A DNA stretch of 64,000 nt, taken from an uncultured archaeon. GTDB taxonomy: Archaea; Thermoplasmatota; Penumbrarchaeia; JASLWR01. The notes beneath the pieces were generated by a model that was given only the letters and a program-made list of their open reading frames with translations, was not told the DNA's origin and made no database searches. Positions 57,301-64,000 of the stretch are shown in pieces. A program made the translations under genes and the position numbers. The stretch is taken from contig CAYFHS010000006.1 of NCBI GenBank assembly GCA_964342815.1, positions 1 through 64,000 of the forward strand, given 5' to 3'. The first letter of the stretch is position 1, and each line of letters opens with the position of its first letter.

Positions 57301-60300
57301 ATGTTCGGTTCTCTGAAAAGGTCTCTTAATGTCTTTATACTTGTCCTTATGATAACCAGCAGTTCTTATCATTTTTCCTTCCCGACCGATGATGGAGATA
57401 CTTTTTATAACGGTAAAATACGCAGGGTCGACTTAGATATCGATACCTCCCAGGAATCAACTAGGGCTGAATTGTCTCAGATACTACTAACCGAAACTTT
57501 CGAATCCAATTCTTTTGCAACAAATGGATGGGCCAAGGAGGACGGCAGCGGCGGGGTCGAGATAGTCACCACCAACCCGAAGAATGGTACACGACACCTG
57601 CATTTCAAAGGAAACAGCTATAATACACACGGCTATATTTCAAAGGTTTTGAACCTGTCCGCTTATTCCCAAGCAGTCCTGGAATTCGAAGCCTACGGGG
57701 GGCCTAGCAGCGGTGGAGGTATAGACGGACCGGGAGGAAGCGAGGACATTCTCTGGGTGGATTTTCGTTCGTCGGCAACCAGCCAATGGACCACTTTAAA
57801 CTACTGGCATGGAGCTAACTGCAGCCTAAACCAGTACCGCTTCGAAAGAGTGACCCTACCTTCTTCGTCGTTTACGAACACCAGTGCAATTCGATTTAGA
57901 AACAAGATAAGTGTGAATAGCGAGTATTATCGCATTGACGATATTAAGGTAAAAGCAGCACCGCAGTTGGAAATTAATACTGATAACATCGCAGCTACTC
58001 CATCCTCGATATTGAGATACAATGGGACTATTAATATAAGCGGATCGTTCACGGATGACGTTGGTTTCGGGATATTGGATTATAAAATATCAATCGGAAT
58101 AAGGGATCCGGAGGGAAAAGAGACTCTATTGATAGATAACAAAACAAGCGGGAACGATTCTCTGAATATTCAACAACAGTCGCCAGGTGAATTTAATTTT
58201 TTCTACATCTGGTCCCCTTCGGAGAATTTTCTTTTCGGTAAATACGATATCAATATTAAGGTCTACCACAGACTCGGATGGAAATGTCTGCTTAGTTATG
58301 ACGATAATGATTGTAACTTCACACTTTTATCCGTAGCTCCTTACTTTCGGAATGAGTCTATCTTTTTCGAAAAAGAACCTCTAAACGCTCTGGACCCGGA
58401 TGGGATTCCAATTACAATAAAATTCCATGATGTTGATCGCCAATCCCCCGATGACTTTTTCATGAATCTGACCCTACGAGGAACGGAGAACAATATTACT
58501 ATATTCAAAAGTGCAACAAACGTGTCCGGGCTGAATATTTCAATGACGGAAAACGGGACCTACGAAGCAGCCCACGTATGGTATCCGGAAAATCCGGATG
58601 ATTTGGTCGAGGGGAGATACAGCGTTGACCTTGGTTTGTGGGAGGAAGGCGGACCGTTGGTAGAGATGGAAATCTTTAATATCGAAAGAAACGTCACTCT
58701 GGTAAAGAGATATGTTCCAGGGATAATATCACTGGCGTGTCAACCGGACACTATCAATATGAGCGGTTCCGGGAAAACCACGATACAGGGTGAGTTTTTC
58801 GATAAGGACACGAGCTCCATGATGGATTTCGAAATATCACTGAAGATAAGGGATGGAGATGATAAGGAGATAATTCTTACAGATGGGGCAAAGAGCGGCG
58901 AGAATGGTGTAATCATCGAGAAATCGGGAATATTCAGGTGGCGTATTACTTTTGCATATGATCCCCCGGTGACCCTTCGTCCGGGACCCTATGATCTTTA
59001 TATGGATGTATTCGACGGTGAATCAACCCTCACTAGTGAAGGGTTTAATAACAATACCGATGAGCTGTTTATTTACAACAACACCAGTCCAATAATCCAT
59101 GAGATCACACTCAGCAGATCGGTAGTGAACAAATACGGCAATGATTCCGCAAGGCTGAGCATCATCTTTTCAGATCCAGATGGCGAATCCATGGGTAATT
59201 TCACCATCAATCTGACCCTAATTGACTCGGAGGGCAATTTATATACACTGGTGAACGGTGAAAAGGAAGGCCCCAATGCAAGCATATCGTATCTGGCCCC
59301 CATAGACGGTCACAGTTACGTATTCACGTTTGATATCGACCCAGATACTTCGTTTACGGAGGGCCCGTACGGACTGTCTTTCAATGTCCGGGACAAATGG
59401 GGTGGTATTGATGGATTGGCTTACGGTGAGAACGACCTGAACCTTACTTTCTTCTACAATTATATACCGTCCCCTCCATCGAAAATTTGGCCCAACAGCA
59501 CCACCGATAAGCTTCCATTGATAAGCTGGTGGGGGGCATTGGACCTGGAAACACCCCACGAAGAGCTCGAGTATTCTATAAGGATCGGAACCGCCGGAGT
59601 TGACGATAATATCCTGGCCTGGCACGATGTAGGCCAGCGAACGACCTATCAGGTAATGGAAGAACTTGAGGTAGGTTTTTACCATATCCAGGTAAAGAGT
59701 TATGACGGTGATTTTTACTCCGAAGTTTCCAGCTCCATCATGACCATTGCCCCTGATGGCAATCACCCTCCAGGGGTGCCTGGTGCCATCAGTCCGCTTT
59801 ACACCGTCCGTCGAGATCCCACCATCACCTGGGATGCCAGTATTGACCGGGATGTCAACGATCTTATCGAGTACTTCATAAGCATTGGAACGGACTGGCA
59901 TGCCAGTGATATCATAAAGAGCACACCCACCAGTGTGAACACGATCTACCAGCTACCGTTCATGCTGTCCTACGGCACATATTACGTTCAGGTTATGGCC
60001 ACCGACGGATACGAATTTTCCCCTGTCAGGGAACAGCGGATGATCATCTTCGATCCGTCAGATAACATAGCTCCGTTCCCGCCCAAATCTATTATGCCGG
60101 ATGTGACCCGGAACCCATACCCATTGATCCAGTGGGAAGGCGCCGTGGACCTGAACGGCGACGACCTTCTTTTCTGGTTCAGGATAGGCAGCGGCCCCGG
60201 CCAGGGGGATATTATACCTTGGAGTAGCACGGGGAAGAGCAATTATTTCCAGATCGAGAAGTCAATGGCCCCCGGGGATTATTATGTCCAGGTAAAATGT

Positions 60301-62265
60301 TATGACAGCCAGGCATTCTCAAGGATATTCGAAGCAGTTATCCGGGTGAAAACGGAAAGAGAAATCATCGGTCCCACGGAGATCATACCTCGTATCTCAT
60401 CGGATCCCACGCCTCTCATAAACTGGAGCGGAGCACATTACATGAACAGTCCCGGTACAAATGAAAACTTTTCTTACCTTATCCGTTTAAGCAGCGAGCC
60501 TTCTCTCGGTGATCTGCTCCCGTGGAGTCTGGTTTCGAATACTACGAGTTATCAGGTGGAAAAGCCCTTAAGACGCGGCGATACTGTTTATGTGGAGATC
60601 AAGGCATTCGATGGGCACCAGTATTCCGAAGTTTCAATATTCGATCTGTGGATCGGTGATTTTTCTCTGACGGTTGGGTTCAACGAAACGAACTATATCT
60701 ATAAGATAACGGGAGAGGCCAATCAGACCATCCGAGGATTCATCAAGAACAGCGGCCGGGATGACGTTACCGTGGAACTGGGTTTGGGCGGTACTTTTGC
60801 GAAATACGTCAAAGTACCAGCAGAGCCGCTTCATATCAAAAGCGGGGAGATGGTGAGCGTTCTTCTGACGGTGAACATACCCGATTCGGCCAATGTGAAC
60901 CGTGACTCGGTGATCGTTCTAATAGCCACTTCGACGGATGGTGCTGCCGCTCAGTCCGAGCTTTTGGGATTCGCAAGAGAGAAAGCGGAGGATGAAACAT
61001 GGAGTGAGGCACTGGGGATGAACCTGAACCTAATTCTCGGTTCTATAGTGCTGTTATTGGCTTTTTTCATTCTCCTTATATTGATAGTAAAACGTTCAAA
61101 GCGAGGTAAACGTGAACGATTCGAAGTAATGGAGGTGTCTAAAAGCTCCGAGGCCGTGGTAATCGATGATCTCGTACAGACCAGCATCTATTCCACCCAA
61201 CGCTTAAGCGATCGGCGTACCTTCGAAGCACTGGACAAGACGCTTCTCAAAATGTTCAAGGCTCATGGTGTAAGAACGAAATCCAGAGTGAAAGGCCAAA
61301 AGGGCAGGGCATTGGGTGATGGTAGCAAGGGTAAGAAGACTCCAGCACTTCCACCTCCATCTCCCGGTGCGCTAGAGCCGGGAGAAGTTAAGAAAATGCC
61401 GCCACCTCCAGGAGAACGTGTAGAGTTCCTTCCGCCGGGGGAGGACGTCCCGGCTGAGGAGCTTCCTCCCGCTCCGGAAATGGAATACATTCCGCCTGAG
61501 GGGTCCGGGAAGACACCTGTGGCCATTGGGGATGCCATAGTTGATGCAGAGGAAATTACCGAGAAAATACTTGAGTCCGATGAGATATCGGAACAACCGG
61601 AAGCGGATGCCGTTGCGGTTTCGTTAGAAGATGACGAGAACGTCGATGAAATGCCTGAGGGATTTGCGGAAACGCCCGAAGATGTATCAGTTGCAGTTGA
61701 GGGAGATGGTGAAGAGCCACTCTACGACTTGTCGGAAGATGCCGGGTCACTCCGGCCTACAGGAGATGATGATGATTCGGAACTGTCCGAAGTATTATCA
61801 CAGGATATGGATGAGGATTCGGAACTGTCCGAAGTATTATCACAGGATATGGATGAGGATTCGGGAATATCAGATGCAGTGACGGATGAGCCAAACAAGG
61901 GTGATCCGGCGGAACCGGATGAGCCACTCGAGTCGGCGGAACCGGATGAGTCTCATCCTGAAGAATCCGTCATTCAACCCGATTCCCCCATTGGAGCCGA
62001 GCCGTCAGGGGAGGTGGCTCCCGAACCTAGATCCGAATCACCGGAGCCGGTAGAGCAGCCAAAAGAGCCCGAAACTCCGCCTTCGGAAGCTGATATGTCA
62101 GTACCATCCGAAGGGGATCGCCCAACCACGGATGATCCGACGCCCCCGAAGTCCCTGGAGGAGGCTCCCGAGGCGGAAAAGGAAGATAGCGCAACTGATG
62201 TCGGTGACGATTCCAGCGCCCTTGATGATATAATGGATATACTGGGTATCGATGAGGATGAGTAA
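57301..62265 (+). CDS. Giant surface protein (1654 aa): jelly-roll tip, Ig stalk, FN3-like repeats, TM, Pro/acidic cytoplasmic tail
   Basis: Signal peptide; repeated P..P..I.P...P.I.W...D....L.Y.I.IG; TM LILGSIVLLLAFFILLILIV. Confidence 0.88.
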   Translation: MFGSLKRSLNVFILVLMITSSSYHFSFPTDDGDTFYNGKIRRVDLDIDTSQESTRAELSQILLTETFESNSFATNGWAKEDGSGGVEIVTTNPKNGTRHLHFKGNSYNTHGYISKVLNLSAYSQAVLEFEAYGGPSSGGGIDGPGGSEDILWVDFRSSATSQWTTLNYWHGANCSLNQYRFERVTLPSSSFTNTSAIRFRNKISVNSEYYRIDDIKVKAAPQLEINTDNIAATPSSILRYNGTINISGSFTDDVGFGILDYKISIGIRDPEGKETLLIDNKTSGNDSLNIQQQSPGEFNFFYIWSPSENFLFGKYDINIKVYHRLGWKCLLSYDDNDCNFTLLSVAPYFRNESIFFEKEPLNALDPDGIPITIKFHDVDRQSPDDFFMNLTLRGTENNITIFKSATNVSGLNISMTENGTYEAAHVWYPENPDDLVEGRYSVDLGLWEEGGPLVEMEIFNIERNVTLVKRYVPGIISLACQPDTINMSGSGKTTIQGEFFDKDTSSMMDFEISLKIRDGDDKEIILTDGAKSGENGVIIEKSGIFRWRITFAYDPPVTLRPGPYDLYMDVFDGESTLTSEGFNNNTDELFIYNNTSPIIHEITLSRSVVNKYGNDSARLSIIFSDPDGESMGNFTINLTLIDSEGNLYTLVNGEKEGPNASISYLAPIDGHSYVFTFDIDPDTSFTEGPYGLSFNVRDKWGGIDGLAYGENDLNLTFFYNYIPSPPSKIWPNSTTDKLPLISWWGALDLETPHEELEYSIRIGTAGVDDNILAWHDVGQRTTYQVMEELEVGFYHIQVKSYDGDFYSEVSSSIMTIAPDGNHPPGVPGAISPLYTVRRDPTITWDASIDRDVNDLIEYFISIGTDWHASDIIKSTPTSVNTIYQLPFMLSYGTYYVQVMATDGYEFSPVREQRMIIFDPSDNIAPFPPKSIMPDVTRNPYPLIQWEGAVDLNGDDLLFWFRIGSGPGQGDIIPWSSTGKSNYFQIEKSMAPGDYYVQVKCYDSQAFSRIFEAVIRVKTEREIIGPTEIIPRISSDPTPLINWSGAHYMNSPGTNENFSYLIRLSSEPSLGDLLPWSLVSNTTSYQVEKPLRRGDTVYVEIKAFDGHQYSEVSIFDLWIGDFSLTVGFNETNYIYKITGEANQTIRGFIKNSGRDDVTVELGLGGTFAKYVKVPAEPLHIKSGEMVSVLLTVNIPDSANVNRDSVIVLIATSTDGAAAQSELLGFAREKAEDETWSEALGMNLNLILGSIVLLLAFFILLILIVKRSKRGKRERFEVMEVSKSSEAVVIDDLVQTSIYSTQRLSDRRTFEALDKTLLKMFKAHGVRTKSRVKGQKGRALGDGSKGKKTPALPPPSPGALEPGEVKKMPPPPGERVEFLPPGEDVPAEELPPAPEMEYIPPEGSGKTPVAIGDAIVDAEEITEKILESDEISEQPEADAVAVSLEDDENVDEMPEGFAETPEDVSVAVEGDGEEPLYDLSEDAGSLRPTGDDDDSELSEVLSQDMDEDSELSEVLSQDMDEDSGISDAVTDEPNKGDPAEPDEPLESAEPDESHPEESVIQPDSPIGAEPSGEVAPEPRSESPEPVEQPKEPETPPSEADMSVPSEGDRPTTDDPTPPKSLEEAPEAEKEDSATDVGDDSSALDDIMDILGIDEDE
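61774..61864 (+). repeat. Exact 42-bp coding tandem duplication (DSELSEVLSQDMDE x2)
   Basis: 61774-61815 is identical to 61816-61857, followed by a partial third unit. Confidence 0.92.
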
Positions 62266-62427
62266 TTGGTATTATTGTATCCATGTAGAACCTGATTTAT
62301 AATGATTGGACGGCTCATTATCCGATTCTGATTCCTCAATCTATAGAATCGGCGTTAATTATATAATGATAATAGACAATGGCTTTTCATCGATTCCCAT
62401 CTTCCGGATTCGATCAGGTGAGAGTGG

Positions 62428-64000
62428 ATGTTGATAAAACTGCTGAAGAGGATTATGTTATCCCGTATCTTAATTTTTTTACTTTCGTGTTCGGTGATTT
62501 TTCCCTCGATATTTTCAGCAATTATTTATTCTAATCATCATTATAATGGGAAAGTGGTTTCAAATGGAGAAAACACCCGGAAAGTTCATTTTTCGAGAGA
62601 TCGAGCTTCCATTATTATCTTTGAAGATGATGTGGAACCGGGCGGGGATGCCGCGAACGGACTTTGGGCGATAACCGAGCTGGTGGATGAGGGTACTTGT
62701 GAGCCATGGGCCATAAGCTCAAGCAGGTCCCACAGTGCGACCCATTCATGGTGGATCGATGACAGTGATAAAAGGACCGCAGAGGTGATGGATACTCCAT
62801 TGATCAACATTCCCCGACAAGTTACTGACCCGGAACTGAGATTCTGGCACTATATTGATACCGAGAGCAGCTATGACGGCGGTTGGCTGCAGTACCGAAA
62901 GGACAACGGTGCATGGACCGACGTGCCAAAGGGAATAATCTCGAAAAACGCCTATAACGATCGTATAGGCTTTCAGGGTTCAGGGATACCTTCGCAGGTC
63001 GAAAAACAGGCGTGGTCCGGCAAACCCTATGCCGCTTTCTCGGAAGTTGTGGTGGATCTCACTAGTCTGAACCTTTCTGGACATATGCTGAATATCAGAT
63101 GGAGATTCGAATCTGACGGTGCTGTTGGAGGTGGGGGATGGTGGGTTGATGACGTAAAGATTACCGTGGAACCCAAACTTGTATTTGATAACGGCTCCAT
63201 AAGCTCTTCAGCGTCATCCCTGTATCGATATAACGGAACCACGAATATCACTGGCTTTTTTTCGGACCTAGCGGGATACGAGATCAATGATTATGAACTT
63301 ACCCTGGCCATCCGCGACCCGGAGATGAATGTTACGAATATATTAGACAACCAAACCCATGGTAATCATTCATTGAATGTGTTTAAACTATCACCGGGGA
63401 ATTTCTCCTTTTCCCTGAAACTGATACCCTCCTTGGACTTGCCATTCGGACCCTATGATATTTCGGTCTCAATAAGTAATGTAAATGGTTGGAATGACAG
63501 CGTCTCATTCGATGAAAATGATGCTACCTTTACGCTTCTCTCAACCCCCCCCTTTTTCAGAAATGAAACCGTCTATATCTTGGGTAACACTATAAATGTT
63601 CTTGATCACCGCGGTATTGCCATCAAGATAGTTTTCCATGATCCGGATGCCCAGGATCCCAACGATTTCTCGTTGGACCTATATCTGTCCGGATTCAATG
63701 TAAGGATTACCCTATTCGAAAATTCAACCAATAGCTCCGGTCTGGATATATCTAGGGGACCTGATAATGTATATAATGTATCATACATATGGCACCCTGA
63801 AGAGCCGGAAACGATGCTCGAGGGCAGGTATGAAATTGAATTAATCTTAAGGGAAGGTGACGATTATGAAATCGATCTGGGAATGTTCGATATTGCCCGT
63901 AATGTCACAATTGCAAAGGGATATGTCCCGGATATAATTTCACTCTCGTGTCTGCCCGAGACATTGAATGTAAGCGGTTCCGCAAGCACGGTATTTTTTG
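62428..64000 (+). CDS. Paralog of the 57301 surface protein; runs off the window end
   Basis: Not in the ORF track. Manual translation from ATG 62428 (AGGTGA RBS): MLIKLLKRIMLSRILIFLL...FWHYIDTESSYDGGW...WWVDDVKI...SLYRYNGTTNITGFFSD, matching SILRYNGTINISGSFTD of the upstream gene. Confidence 0.88.
   Translation, partial: MLIKLLKRIMLSRILIFLLSCSVIFPSIFSAIIYSNHHYNGKVVSNGENTRKVHFSRDRASIIIFEDDVEPGGDAANGLWAITELVDEGTCEPWAISSSRSHSATHSWWIDDSDKRTAEVMDTPLINIPRQVTDPELRFWHYIDTESSYDGGWLQYRKDNGAWTDVPKGIISKNAYNDRIGFQGSGIPSQVEKQAWSGKPYAAFSEVVVDLTSLNLSGHMLNIRWRFESDGAVGGGGWWVDDVKITVEPKLVFDNGSISSSASSLYRYNGTTNITGFFSDLAGYEINDYELTLAIRDPEMNVTNILDNQTHGNHSLNVFKLSPGNFSFSLKLIPSLDLPFGPYDISVSISNVNGWNDSVSFDENDATFTLLSTPPFFRNETVYILGNTINVLDHRGIAIKIVFHDPDAQDPNDFSLDLYLSGFNVRITLFENSTNSSGLDISRGPDNVYNVSYIWHPEEPETMLEGRYEIELILREGDDYEIDLGMFDIARNVTIAKGYVPDIISLSCLPETLNVSGSASTVFF

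Noticed and set aside
1-64000. tRNA, rRNA, RNase P or SRP RNA genes
   Set aside because: No cloverleaf with T-loop/anticodon consensus and no diagnostic conserved motifs seen by eye.

Overview
64 kb of gene-dense archaeal DNA, probably Thermoplasmatota (inferred from GGTGA Shine-Dalgarno motifs, DUF531, a Sec11-type signal peptidase, an archaeal wHTH/membrane-protein pair and many giant Ig/PKD/FG-GAP surface proteins). Main contents: a partial FG-GAP surface protein; a ubiquitin-fold protein ending GG-C plus an Rpn11-like JAMM protease, convergent on a four-gene operon (giant vWA adhesin, second vWA protein, polytopic membrane-tethered Cdc48-like AAA ATPase, small membrane protein); a C25-like peptidase; a helical-repeat/DUF531 fusion; an extended fused serine dehydratase; an AbrB-PIN TA pair; a PKD-caspase fusion; two MacB/FtsX-type ABC systems, one with an ATPase fused to a large ectodomain; a Ser/Thr kinase-FGE protein; a complete reductive pyrimidine degradation set; a SIRT6-like sirtuin; and two tandem giant surface-protein paralogs. 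The non-coding DNA holds three unexplained structured families: (1) four covarying GTAG...GA double-hairpin modules at about 36.4 kb and 45.7 kb; (2) a 3x65-bp tandem repeat inside the pyrimidine operon; (3) two inverted, covarying hairpin elements flanking an AT-rich PD-(D/E)xK endonuclease gene. All assignments come from reading motifs by eye; no searches were run.
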